A stretch of 64,000 bases of DNA from Anaerostipes hadrus (GTDB lineage Bacteria; Bacillota; Clostridia; Lachnospirales; Lachnospiraceae), in contig JAXJNA010000044.1 in NCBI GenBank assembly GCA_036312945.1, positions 4,810 through 68,809 of the forward strand, read 5' to 3'. The position numbers and the translations under genes are program-made. This document shows, piece by piece, positions 1-8,316 of the stretch (positions are counted from its first letter, which is position 1; every line of letters begins with the position of its first letter). The notes beneath the pieces were generated by a model. That model saw only the letters and a program-made list of their open reading frames with translations, searched no databases and had not been told where the DNA came from.

Positions 1-204
1 TGGAGTAATCATAAGTATAAGAAGCGAACTAATAATTAGTAGTATATTTGTTATTATTATTATAAGTTCAGCTTCAAAATATAACGAATATCTCATTGTC
101 ATTATAGTATTTTCACCATCAGAATACATCTTAATTTTTATTTTTGGAACAAATCCCCTATTTTTATAATACGGAATAGTATATAACACTATAGAATCTT
201 CCAT
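1..204 (-). CDS. hypothetical small membrane protein, partial (3' end runs off the window)
   Basis: Minus-strand frame is open from the ATG at 202-204 (MEDSIVLYTIPYYKNRGFVPKIKIKMYSDGENTIMTMRYSLYFEAELIIIITNILLIISSLLILMITP...) to position 1. It ends in a hydrophobic stretch. The frame stays open further upstream, so the start is uncertain. It is absent from the ORF track because it is truncated. Confidence 0.3.
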   Translation of the reverse strand, partial: MEDSIVLYTIPYYKNRGFVPKIKIKMYSDGENTIMTMRYSLYFEAELIIIITNILLIISSLLILMITP

Positions 205-274
205 TTCTTTAATAAAAAACTTTTCTTGATTTGGTATGAAAAAGATAGAAGCACGTCTTTTTTTACTACTTATA

Positions 275-823
275 TTATACAATTTCTTTTTTATTTCTTT
301 TTAATAATTGTATATCTTCTTCATCTACTCCCAAAAATGAAATAGTGTCTATATTTTCTTTTTTTAATATTGCCTCTCCATCATCCTCTCCGTATTCTGT
401 TAATTTTGAAACGATTACTTTATTATCGTCAATTTTATTTATAACTCCTTTAATTGGGCATTCATCATCTTGTATCATTTCAATTGATACTATATACTTA
501 TTATTCATACAAATTTGAAATATGTTATTCTTTAAACTAACTTTATCTTGTAGTTTTAAATCAATATGTCTTTGATTCTTTTTAGAATATAATTTTTCTA
601 TTTTTTTTTCATACTGCCCACTTATCTCTAAATGCATAACGCTATCTATTTTTTTCAGAATATACCCATCTGCTAATCCATGAGGTGTTATATGTTTAAT
701 TAAAAAATCTTGTCTTCCAATTGCGTAAATATATCCTTCCAAAAACATCGAAGTATCATCTTCATCACAAAATATACTAACTATATTATTATTTTCTTTT
801 ATCTTTATCAATTCTTTAATCAT
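275..823 (-). CDS. hypothetical protein built from two related ~65-aa halves; no family recognised
   Basis: ORF 275..907 starts at a GTG. A TGnTATACT extended -10 lies inside that extension, and AAGGAG sits 6 nt upstream of the ATG at 821-823 (MIKELIKIKENNN...), so the 182-aa form is preferred. The halves align by eye: IVSIFCDEDD..GLADGYILKKIDSV versus IVSIEMIQDD..GEDDGEAILKKENIDTI. The context is AT-rich. Confidence 0.6.
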   Translation of the reverse strand: MIKELIKIKENNNIVSIFCDEDDTSMFLEGYIYAIGRQDFLIKHITPHGLADGYILKKIDSVMHLEISGQYEKKIEKLYSKKNQRHIDLKLQDKVSLKNNIFQICMNNKYIVSIEMIQDDECPIKGVINKIDDNKVIVSKLTEYGEDDGEAILKKENIDTISFLGVDEEDIQLLKRNKKEIV

Positions 824-895
824 ATTTACTCCTTCTTCCATCATATCTTGTCTTCGGACTATGATCTTTCCATGTAGAATAAGATACATTCCACT

Positions 896-904
896 AGTAT
901 AGCA
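896..904 (-). promoter_or_regulatory. candidate extended -10 promoter (TGCTATACT) for the 275..823 cassette
   Basis: Minus strand reads gtgTGcTATACTagtgg. No clear -35 was found. Confidence 0.35.
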
Positions 905-1175
905 CACTTCATTTTTCGCCTGATCATCTCCATGGATTGTTGTATCTCAAAAATCCGTGACTTCGTAAAGTCTCAGGGAACTTAAGTTCATACAGTATCC
1001 TGATATGTCGTTTTCATTCTCCACTTATGCTTGGATTGTAACATTTCACCATTTTACAGGCAATCAGATTTAGTTTTTTCGTCGTTTAATACAAAAAACT
1101 TTTTTATTTTTGTGAAATATTCTGGTTGACTTTTTAATAAGTATACCTACTTAATATATTGTTCCATTACTATAC

Positions 1176-1213
1176 AAAAAAGAACCCTGATAACTAAATT
1201 ACCAAGGTCCTTT
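1176..1213 (-). terminator. candidate intrinsic terminator after ptsI
   Basis: Minus strand shows an imperfect hairpin, GACCTTGGTAA..TTATCAGGGTTC, followed by TTTTTTGT. Confidence 0.45.
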
Positions 1214-1246
1214 CCATATTCCCGTAAGAAACTAAATCATATAATC

Positions 1247-2959
1247 TTAGCTTCTTGCTCTTTCTTCTAATAAAGCTTTTACTTCTGCTTCTGTTTCTAA
1301 CTGCATTACTTCATCAACTAATGCTTTACATTCATCCATTGTCCACAGAGACATTACTTTTCTTGTAGCAAGGATTGCTGTAGCACTTACTGAGAATTCG
1401 TTTAATCCGAATCCTAATAATACTGGTACTAATAATGGATCGCTTGCTGCTTCTCCACACATACCTGCCATGATGTCTTCTTTGTTTGCAGCTGAAATGA
1501 TATTTCTGATAGAACGAAGTACAGCTGGATTGTATGCAGAGTACAGATATGCAACATCTGGGTTACCTCTGTCGGCTGCCATTGTGTATCCAGTTAAATC
1601 GTTTGTACCGATACTGAAGAAGTCTGCTTCTTTTGCAAGAATGTCAGCAATTAAGCTTGCTGCTGCAGTTTCCATCATAACACCAACCTGGATGTCTTTG
1701 TCGTATGCGATACCTTCTGCATCTAATTCCTGTTTCAGTTCTTCGATGATCGCTTTGACTGCACGAAGCTCGTCTACACATGTTACTAATGGTACCATGA
1801 TACGAACTTTACCGAAGGCACTTGCACGTAATAATGCACGAAGCTGTGGTTTGTAAATATCTTCTTTTCTCTGTAAGCAGAAACGTACTGCTCTGAATCC
1901 TAAGAATGGATTCTCTTCTGTTGGAAGTCCAAGATATGGAAGTGCTTTATCTCCACCGATATCCAGTGTACGGATGATCACTGGTTTACCGTCAAGAGTT
2001 TCAGCTACTTTCTTGTATGCTTCAAACTGAGCTTCTTCTGATGGAATCGCATCGCTTTCCATGAATAAGAACTCAGATCTGAATAATCCAACACCTTCTC
2101 CATCACGCTCTAAGACACCTTCTGCTTCGTCTGGTCCACCGATGTTAGCAACCAGTTCCACAACGTGTCCGTCTGCTGTCTGGGATTTCTGTCCAACAAA
2201 CTTCTGAAGGGCAGCTTTCTCTTCTAAGAATTTTGCTTTCTTAGCTTTATATTCTTCTACAACAGATGCTTCAGGATTGATGAATGCTTCTCCTGTTGAT
2301 CCGTCAAGAACAACTTCATCTCCATCGTTCACGATAGAAACGATGTTTTCGATACTAAGAACTGCTGGAATCTCCATAGATCTGCAGATGATCGCAGAGT
2401 GAGATGTCTTACCACCGATCTCTGTTAATACACCCTGAACATTTGCAGGATTGATTCCTGCTGTCATAGATGGTGTTAAATCTTCTGCTACTAAGATTGT
2501 TCCTTCTGGAACTGCACTGATATCTACTTCTTCAATTCCAAGTAAGATCTTAATTAAACGAGTTTTGATGTCGCCTAAGTCAGATGCTCTCTGCTGTGTC
2601 AGTTCATCGTCTGCCATAGCGAAGATCTGTGCGAAGAAATCGCAAGCTTCTTCTACAGCAGCTTCTGCATTGATCTTCTCTCCATCGATCTTAGCTTCGA
2701 TCTGTTCTGAGATCGCTGGATCCTGGATCATCATGATATGACCTTCTAAGATCTCTGCTTCCTGCTCACCAGCAGTTACTTTCATGGATTCAACCATCTT
2801 CTGAGTCTTCTCAATGAAAACTTCAATTGCATCGCTTAAACGTTTTTTCTCTGCTTCTGTATCTTCGATAGACTGTTTTGTGTAATTAAGTTCTTCTTCC
2901 TTAATCTTAACGATCTTACCGATACCGATACCAGCAGATGCTCCTATACCTTTATACAT
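1247..2959 (-). CDS. ptsI: phosphoenolpyruvate-protein phosphotransferase (PTS Enzyme I)
   Basis: 570 aa. Phospho-His region GGKTSHSAIICRSMEIPAV. PEP-utilising C-terminal barrel with FFSIGTNDLTGYTMAADR and MCGEAA. Lies directly downstream of ptsH. Confidence 0.97.
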   Translation of the reverse strand: MYKGIGASAGIGIGKIVKIKEEELNYTKQSIEDTEAEKKRLSDAIEVFIEKTQKMVESMKVTAGEQEAEILEGHIMMIQDPAISEQIEAKIDGEKINAEAAVEEACDFFAQIFAMADDELTQQRASDLGDIKTRLIKILLGIEEVDISAVPEGTILVAEDLTPSMTAGINPANVQGVLTEIGGKTSHSAIICRSMEIPAVLSIENIVSIVNDGDEVVLDGSTGEAFINPEASVVEEYKAKKAKFLEEKAALQKFVGQKSQTADGHVVELVANIGGPDEAEGVLERDGEGVGLFRSEFLFMESDAIPSEEAQFEAYKKVAETLDGKPVIIRTLDIGGDKALPYLGLPTEENPFLGFRAVRFCLQRKEDIYKPQLRALLRASAFGKVRIMVPLVTCVDELRAVKAIIEELKQELDAEGIAYDKDIQVGVMMETAAASLIADILAKEADFFSIGTNDLTGYTMAADRGNPDVAYLYSAYNPAVLRSIRNIISAANKEDIMAGMCGEAASDPLLVPVLLGFGLNEFSVSATAILATRKVMSLWTMDECKALVDEVMQLETEAEVKALLEERARS

Positions 2960-3011
2960 GTTGCCACCCGTCCTTTATCAAATTATATGTTACACTCGTT
3001 ATGAGCAGTGA

Positions 3012-3275
3012 CTATTCACCTAATCCAGATTCGATCAGTTCTGTTGCATGTGCAAGAGCTGCTTCTTCGTCTGGACCTTCACATACTAATTCGATTTCAG
3101 AACCACATTTGATGCAAGCTCCGATGATGTTTAATAAGCTTTTAGCGTTGATCTTTTTATCTTCGAATACGATAGTTACGTCAGATTCGAATTTAGTTAC
3201 GGCTTTCGCTAAAACTCCAGCTGGTCTCATGTGTAATCCCTGTTCGTTTTCAATGACAAATTTCTTTGATACCAT
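3012..3275 (-). CDS. ptsH: phosphocarrier protein HPr
   Basis: 87 aa. His15 context QGLHMRPAG and Ser46 context INAKSLLNIIG. Confidence 0.95.
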   Translation of the reverse strand: MVSKKFVIENEQGLHMRPAGVLAKAVTKFESDVTIVFEDKKINAKSLLNIIGACIKCGSEIELVCEGPDEEAALAHATELIESGLGE

Positions 3276-3365
3276 AATTGTTTCTCCTTCTCACATATAA
3301 AATAATTTTAATTTATCTGGATCTTTAACTGGCTTATCTTTGTACTCATCCAAGTGCAATTCCTT

Positions 3366-3423
3366 AAAAAAGCATAAAAAAAGACCTACTTTAACAAATG
3401 TTCACACTTATTAAATAGGTCTT
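3366..3423 (-). terminator. intrinsic terminator in the ptsH leader (conditional; its 5' arm overlaps the RAT)
   Basis: Minus strand reads AAGACCTA-(27 nt loop)-TAGGTCTT followed by TTTTTTTATGCTTTTTT. Confidence 0.8.
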
Positions 3424-3446
3424 GCCTGCCTCACCAGTCACAATCC
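3417..3446 (-). promoter_or_regulatory. RAT (ribonucleic antiterminator) element of the SacY/LicT class
   Basis: Minus strand GGATTGTGACTGGTGAGGCAGGCAAGACCT matches the remembered RAT consensus GGATTGTTACTG....GCAGGCAAAACCT. Its 3' end (AAGACCT) is also the 5' arm of the terminator, as in sacB and bglP leaders. Confidence 0.8.
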
Positions 3447-3462
3447 AAAATTCGATAACATT

Positions 3463-3491
3463 ATAATATCAAATTTTGCCTTATAAGTCAA
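3463..3491 (-). promoter_or_regulatory. sigma-A-type promoter for the ptsH-ptsI leader
   Basis: Minus strand TTGACT (3486-3491), 17-nt spacer, TATTAT (3463-3468). The predicted start lies about 10 nt upstream of the RAT. Confidence 0.6.
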
Positions 3492-3498
3492 CCTGGTT

Positions 3499-3996
3499 TT
3501 ATGACTGATGCCCCATTTCTAAGATCAGTCTTTTGACATAAATGATCAGATACATCTTCTCATCTGCTGAGAGTTTGCAGTTGTAATGCTGCTCAATATG
3601 TTCCACGATCTTCTGACTGCACACGTAGGCTTCTGGATACTTCTTCTGATTACGTTCATAAAATTCAACATCATCTTCTTCGTCTTCTTCTATCGGGCGT
3701 TTCTTTGATAAGATTTCCGTCTCAAGATATTGTAAATGTGTTGCAAATCTCTGATATGCTGGATGTTCCGTATCTAGCACGATTTCATAAAACTCCTGAA
3801 TGATCGCCATGACTTCTTGTACAAAAGATGATTTGCCGCTAAGGTCCAAGGTAAAAATCTTCTCAATCTTCGTCTTATCTAATTCGTCCCCGGTTTTCTT
3901 GCGAAATCCAATTCCTTTTCCCATCAAAATAACTTCTTTTCCGTTTGAATCAAATGTACTGACCACGTTATTGTTGATTACTTTCTGTATGATCAC
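3499..3996 (-). CDS. BglG/LicT/SacY-family transcription antiterminator, short form (CAT domain plus a single PRD resembling PRD2)
   Basis: 165 aa. The N-terminus MIIQKVINNNVVSTFDSNGKEVILMGKGIGFRKKTGDELDKTKIEKIFTLD is a CAT RNA-binding domain. The remainder is colinear with LicT PRD2: RFATHLQYL resembles RFVTHLKFF, and KLSADEKMYLIIYVKRL resembles KLTSDELLYLTIHIERV. Typical family members are about 280 aa. Confidence 0.85.
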   Translation of the reverse strand: MIIQKVINNNVVSTFDSNGKEVILMGKGIGFRKKTGDELDKTKIEKIFTLDLSGKSSFVQEVMAIIQEFYEIVLDTEHPAYQRFATHLQYLETEILSKKRPIEEDEEDDVEFYERNQKKYPEAYVCSQKIVEHIEQHYNCKLSADEKMYLIIYVKRLILEMGHQS

Positions 3997-4007
3997 TTTC
4001 TCGCCTC

Positions 4008-5246
4008 CTAGATACTTCCAAGAATCTCTTTTGGAATGTATGCTTCTACGTAAATTCCATCATCTCTGTATTCTTCTTTCAAAAGTTGTCCATGACTTCG
4101 GATCAGCTGGATCTTTCCTGCTTCCTGATAGCCATACAGCTTTTCTAAATATAATTTCTGTTTTTGCAGTATTTTCTCGATCTGCTCTAACAACTGATCG
4201 GTTCCTTCGCCATTTTTCCCAGAAATCCTTACCACCGCTTCTGCATTTGGATCTTTTAAGATCTCATCACCATTTAACAGATCGATCTTATTGAATGCTG
4301 TAATGATCGGTGATTCGTTAGCTCCTAACTGCTTTAATGTATCATAGACTGCTTCCATCTGTTTCTCTTTCTGCGGATTGGATGCATCAACTACATGCAG
4401 GATCAGATCACTGTATTTGGCTTCTTCTAATGTACTTTTAAATGCTTCGACCAGATGATGTGGAAGTTTGCGGATAAAACCGACCGTATCCGTCATAAGA
4501 ATTGTCTGCCCGCCGCTTAGATCTAAACTCTTTGTCGTTGGATCAAGGGTTGCAAACAACTGATCTTCTTCATAAACTCCTGCATTGGTAAAATGGTTTA
4601 ATAGTGTTGACTTTCCTGCATTGGTATATCCAACAATACAAACCACTGGCAGGTGATTCTTCTGGCGTTGTTTTCTCTGGACTTCTCTGTGCTTTACAAC
4701 ATCTCTTAACTCTGCTTTTAATCTGGAGATCCTTGTACGGATCAGTCTTCGGTCCATCTCCAGTTTCTTCTCTCCCGGACCTCTGGTTCCGATTCCTCCA
4801 CCTAATCTTGATAAGGCTCTTCCTTGTCCGGTAAGCTTGGATGCTCTGTATTTTAACTGGGCAAGTTCGACTTGGATCTTACCTTCTCTTGTAAATGCTC
4901 TCTTCGCAAAAATATCAAGAATGATCAGTGTTCGATCCATCACTTTGGTATCTAATGCTTCTTCTAAATTGCTGATCTGTGCTGGTGATAATTCGTCATC
5001 ACAGACGATCCCTGTCGCATCAGTTCCGTATAACAAAGCATTGACTTCATCGATCTTACCTTTTCCGATATAAGTTCCTGGATGTGGTGTCTCTCTTACC
5101 TGGATCACCCTTGCTGCAACCTCGGCTCCTGCCGTTTTGACCAGTTCTTCTAACTCATCCAGAGATTCTTCTGCTTCTGTTGTGTCTTGATCAGCAACCG
5201 CGATCAAGATCACTTTCTCTATGATTTCTTTTTTGATTTCTTCCAT
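4008..5246 (-). CDS. hflX: GTPase HflX
   Basis: 412 aa. HflX N-domain, then G1 GYTNAGKSTL, G3 DTVGF and G4 NKID. Confidence 0.95.
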   Translation of the reverse strand: MEEIKKEIIEKVILIAVADQDTTEAEESLDELEELVKTAGAEVAARVIQVRETPHPGTYIGKGKIDEVNALLYGTDATGIVCDDELSPAQISNLEEALDTKVMDRTLIILDIFAKRAFTREGKIQVELAQLKYRASKLTGQGRALSRLGGGIGTRGPGEKKLEMDRRLIRTRISRLKAELRDVVKHREVQRKQRQKNHLPVVCIVGYTNAGKSTLLNHFTNAGVYEEDQLFATLDPTTKSLDLSGGQTILMTDTVGFIRKLPHHLVEAFKSTLEEAKYSDLILHVVDASNPQKEKQMEAVYDTLKQLGANESPIITAFNKIDLLNGDEILKDPNAEAVVRISGKNGEGTDQLLEQIEKILQKQKLYLEKLYGYQEAGKIQLIRSHGQLLKEEYRDDGIYVEAYIPKEILGSI

Positions 5247-5263
5247 AATATATGTTCCTGTAT

Positions 5264-5701
5264 CTATTTTCCTAATTTCCCTAATATCTGTTGGACTGCC
5301 ATGTCAAATGCTTGCTTCTTCGCTGAATCCCTGCCCATCGTCTGATTCATCATTTGACTTTTTTCAATTCTTTCCTGATTCTCTTTATAATATTTGATCA
5401 GGTCCATTCCTATATATTCTTCACATGACCGACAGCTATTCTCCATCTCTTCTTGCGTAACTTCCCATGCATCTACAACTCTGTGATCATCCTTGCTGAC
5501 TGCCAACATTAACGTTACGGGTTCTGTAAATGCATTCGTCTGTGCATAACCCATAGAGATCACTGATTCTCTCCCATATTGCCCTTTAAATACTTTGTAT
5601 ACTTCGGATGTGTATTTTGACCGTTGATTTTGTTTATAAGAATAACAAATAAATACTATTATACAAAATACAATTCCGATTCCTACGGCCAGAATTAACA
5701 T
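5264..5701 (-). CDS. hypothetical membrane-anchored protein
   Basis: 145 aa with an N-terminal TM segment (MLILAVGIGIVFCIIVFICY). It is the first gene of the hflX operon. No family recognised. Confidence 0.6.
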   Translation of the reverse strand: MLILAVGIGIVFCIIVFICYSYKQNQRSKYTSEVYKVFKGQYGRESVISMGYAQTNAFTEPVTLMLAVSKDDHRVVDAWEVTQEEMENSCRSCEEYIGMDLIKYYKENQERIEKSQMMNQTMGRDSAKKQAFDMAVQQILGKLGK

Positions 5702-5777
5702 TTTATTCTTGTATGATGTTTTTATAGAAACGAAAACATCATATTTCCTTTCTTTTTAATTTGTGATGCTAAGAATC

Positions 5778-5806
5778 ATTATACAACGATTCTTTTTTTG
5801 TAGCAA
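5778..5806 (-). promoter_or_regulatory. sigma-A-type promoter of the hflX operon
   Basis: Minus strand TTGCTA (5801-5806), 17-nt spacer, TATAAT (5778-5783). Confidence 0.5.
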
Positions 5807-5848
5807 TAAAAAAGATATCAGCTGATCCTAATACCAGCTGATATCTTT
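5806..5848 (-). terminator. intrinsic terminator after the RpiR/SDR-remnant unit
   Basis: Minus strand GATATCAGCTG-(10 nt)-CAGCTGATATC followed by TTTTTT. Confidence 0.7.
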
Positions 5849-5868
5849 ATCTTCTATCAGAAATTATT

Positions 5869-6081
5869 CTATCCTCTTGTCTTACCACCCGCAACGTTAA
5901 CCGTCACACCATGTACATAAGAAGATCTCTTGCTTGCAAGATATACACACAGATCTGCAACTTCAGAAAGCTTTCCAGAACGTCCTAGTGGAATTGTGGA
6001 TGTTTTGGAATATCCTGCTCTTAACTGTTCTACTGTGATCCCTCTTGTATAAGCCAGAGCTGTTTCATAACCGATCGTTAT
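5869..6081 (-). pseudogene. 5'-truncated short-chain dehydrogenase/reductase (SDR) remnant, C-terminal ~70 codons only
   Basis: Hand translation gives ITIGYETALAYTRGITVEQLRAGYSKTSTIPLGRSGKLSEVADLCVYLASKRSSYVHGVTVNVAGGKTRG*. This is a typical SDR C-terminus (IPLGR.G..EEVA....FLAS..ASY..G....V.GG). There is no start codon. The frame opens just after a TGA, 17 nt below the rpiR stop. Confidence 0.7.
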
Positions 6082-6100
6082 TCATCGTTATGATCTCCTT

Positions 6101-6949
6101 TTATAATTTTTCTTCTGCAACAGACTGCTCGTGCTGTGCCACATTCTCAAATGAATCCCATTTTGTGGAGAACAGTAATAAGAACAGTGTATCGATCACT
6201 GACATTGCTGCCATTCTTGTGAAACTAACCTGATCATGGAAAATGTGTTCTCTTGTTGCTGTCAGCAAAACATAATCACATAACTCTGCAAGTGGCGATT
6301 TAGATTGATTGGTGATCGCAATTGTTGTTACACCATTATCTTTCACGATCTCTACCATCTTCACAAGTCTTTTGGATGCCCCAGAGGCGGAAATCGCAAA
6401 AAATACATCACCTTTTCTTAGAGTTCTGGAAAATGCTTCCTGACTCTCCCAGATTGTTGAACTGACTGCTTTCAATCCTAACTGGTTGAACTTGTAAGAT
6501 CCATCCAATGCGATCGGGATCGTATCTCCCATCGCAGCGAATTCGATCAGATTGGCATGTATGATCAGATCCACGATCTCTCTTAATTCTTCTGGATTAA
6601 AATTGTGAAACGTCGCTTTGATCTCTTCCACTTTACTGATCATGATATTATTGAGTGATTTGTCCATCTGATCGATATCGATCTCGTTCGATATCACCTG
6701 TTCTTCCTGCTGTCGTTGTTCTCCGGCCAGCTTGATCTTCAACTGATGAAATCCCTTACACCCGATCTTCTTACAAAAACGGATGATCGTTGCCTGGCTT
6801 GCATCACAGTGGGATGCAAGTTCTGATACAGACATCTCAATCGCTTCGGATGGATGACTAATCAGATAATCGGCTACTTTCTTCTCTGCATCATATAAAC
6901 TATCATATGTTGAAAAAATCTGATCTCTAACTAAGATATCACTACTCAT
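6101..6949 (-). CDS. RpiR/MurR-family transcriptional regulator (HTH plus SIS domain)
   Basis: 282 aa. HTH segment SVSELASHCDASQATIIRFCKKIGCKGFHQLK. SIS domain with DVFFAISASGASKRLV. Confidence 0.9.
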   Translation of the reverse strand: MSSDILVRDQIFSTYDSLYDAEKKVADYLISHPSEAIEMSVSELASHCDASQATIIRFCKKIGCKGFHQLKIKLAGEQRQQEEQVISNEIDIDQMDKSLNNIMISKVEEIKATFHNFNPEELREIVDLIIHANLIEFAAMGDTIPIALDGSYKFNQLGLKAVSSTIWESQEAFSRTLRKGDVFFAISASGASKRLVKMVEIVKDNGVTTIAITNQSKSPLAELCDYVLLTATREHIFHDQVSFTRMAAMSVIDTLFLLLFSTKWDSFENVAQHEQSVAEEKL

Positions 6950-6960
6950 ATTACTCCCTT

Positions 6961-8217
6961 CTAAATCTCAGGAGCATTCTGTATGAAATACCTTTCTGCC
7001 TCTGCGCTCCATAAGTTACCATTACGTTCTACGATTGTTTTTAATTCTCTGATATACTTATCATCAGCCTTTTCATCGAATTTGTCAACCTCTGTTAATG
7101 GAAATTTTTTGTGCGTATAAACAATTTTTTTACTTCCTTCAAGTTCTGGTAACGCCTTTGTTGTTTCAACCGCTTGGTCAAGCCCTAATATATGTGTTGC
7201 AATCTTTGCAACATTGACTGTCTTGTTCTCGATCAGTTCAATGGATTGTTTCATATCTTCTGTATTTCCACCACTTGTTCCCACAAAATGTGTAGAATTA
7301 TAATGAATATTATAGAAGTTTACTCTAGATGAAAATTCTTGATCGGCAGGCCCTGAGAAGAAATTCAAACATCCATCGAATGCTAACATTTTAACTCCGT
7401 ATGTCACCATTTCTTCATTTGGTGCAAAGATAAAGACATCATCAAATCCTTTTTCTGAATATTTACGTAGCTCTTTATTGACATCTGCTATATCTCTTGT
7501 ATTGACATATACAAGATCTACACCATTCTTCTTTGCTTCTTCTACTGTGTATAATCTTGCTGCCATATCAATCTTCTTCTGTGTTCTTCCTGTGACAACC
7601 AATGTCTTTGGTTTCTTTGGTCCATGGATCGCAAAGTCAATCGCTAAAAATCCCATTGGCCCTGTTGCACCGAGAAGTGCGATCGCTCCACCTTCTTTAA
7701 TTCCCATCACATGTTCATATGAATACATTTTCTTCATATGATATTGTGCATTAAATGCACCTACGACACATGACAGTGGTTCAACAAGAGATCCTTCAAA
7801 GAAGGAATCTCCGTTGTATTTTAATAGTGAACCATTTTCCATAACCTGATCAGAAAAGATGATCGTTGTGGCATCTCCTCCCATATGATGGAAAGAATAT
7901 CCTGGGGCATAGCCTCTGATATCTCCAATGTTAGGCTGAATGACAAATTTGTCACCTTCCTGATACTGATCTTTCCATTTTTTACCGACCTTTTTGATCG
8001 TTCCGCAAAATTCGTGTCCTAAAATGATCGGATTTTCACTGATATCATCTGGTACTTTTTTGTGTTTTTGTGCCTGGGTGATTGCTTTGTAACTGGACAT
8101 ACACAAACTGTCTGTTACAACTTCTGCCATAATTTCATCATCTTGCATCTCTGGCAGTTCAAATTCATCCAGTCTTAAATCCATTTCTCCGTAAAGTCTT
8201 ACTGCCTTTGTTTTCAT
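6961..8217 (-). CDS. zinc-type medium-chain dehydrogenase, L-sorbose-1-phosphate reductase (SorE)-like
   Basis: 418 aa. GHEFCG motif and Rossmann LLGATGPMGFLAIDFA. Long C-terminal extension. NFYNIHYNSTHFVGTSGGNTEDMK and GSKKIVY are colinear with my recollection of enteric SorE. Confidence 0.7.
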   Translation of the reverse strand: MKTKAVRLYGEMDLRLDEFELPEMQDDEIMAEVVTDSLCMSSYKAITQAQKHKKVPDDISENPIILGHEFCGTIKKVGKKWKDQYQEGDKFVIQPNIGDIRGYAPGYSFHHMGGDATTIIFSDQVMENGSLLKYNGDSFFEGSLVEPLSCVVGAFNAQYHMKKMYSYEHVMGIKEGGAIALLGATGPMGFLAIDFAIHGPKKPKTLVVTGRTQKKIDMAARLYTVEEAKKNGVDLVYVNTRDIADVNKELRKYSEKGFDDVFIFAPNEEMVTYGVKMLAFDGCLNFFSGPADQEFSSRVNFYNIHYNSTHFVGTSGGNTEDMKQSIELIENKTVNVAKIATHILGLDQAVETTKALPELEGSKKIVYTHKKFPLTEVDKFDEKADDKYIRELKTIVERNGNLWSAEAERYFIQNAPEI

Positions 8218-8316
8218 AACTTTCCCCCTAACAGATTATGCTAAAATTCCTAATCCATATCCAACAATTCCTACTGCAAATAAAATAAATTACATGAAAT
8301 TTTATTTTGTAATTTG

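Noticed and set aside
898-957. Short plus-strand frame YSTLHFSPDHLHGLLYLKNP*, reminiscent of the HUH motif (..PDHVHLL..) of IS200/IS605 TnpA
   Set aside because: It is only 20 codons, bounded by stops on both sides, with no further transposase-like sequence or hairpin ends nearby. It is too short to distinguish from chance.
1470-2741. Plus-strand ORFs 1470..1856 and 2451..2741 inside ptsI
   Set aside because: These are antisense shadow ORFs of a well-supported minus-strand gene. They have low-complexity Ser/Ala/Ile-rich translations and no RBS. The same applies to nearly all other plus-strand track ORFs, such as 2938..3300, 3800..4294, 4604..5073, 7478..7741, 8673..9183, 13381..14514, 21216..22165, 31218..31977, 33138..34238, 39360..40061, 47328..48129, 49810..51109 and 51533..53948.
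5771-5800. Hairpin AAGAATC..GATTCTT followed by T7 on the plus strand, which looks like a plus-strand terminator
   Set aside because: No plus-strand gene lies upstream. On the minus strand, the loop and spacer of this sequence form the TTGCTA-17-TATAAT promoter of the hflX operon, which explains it better.
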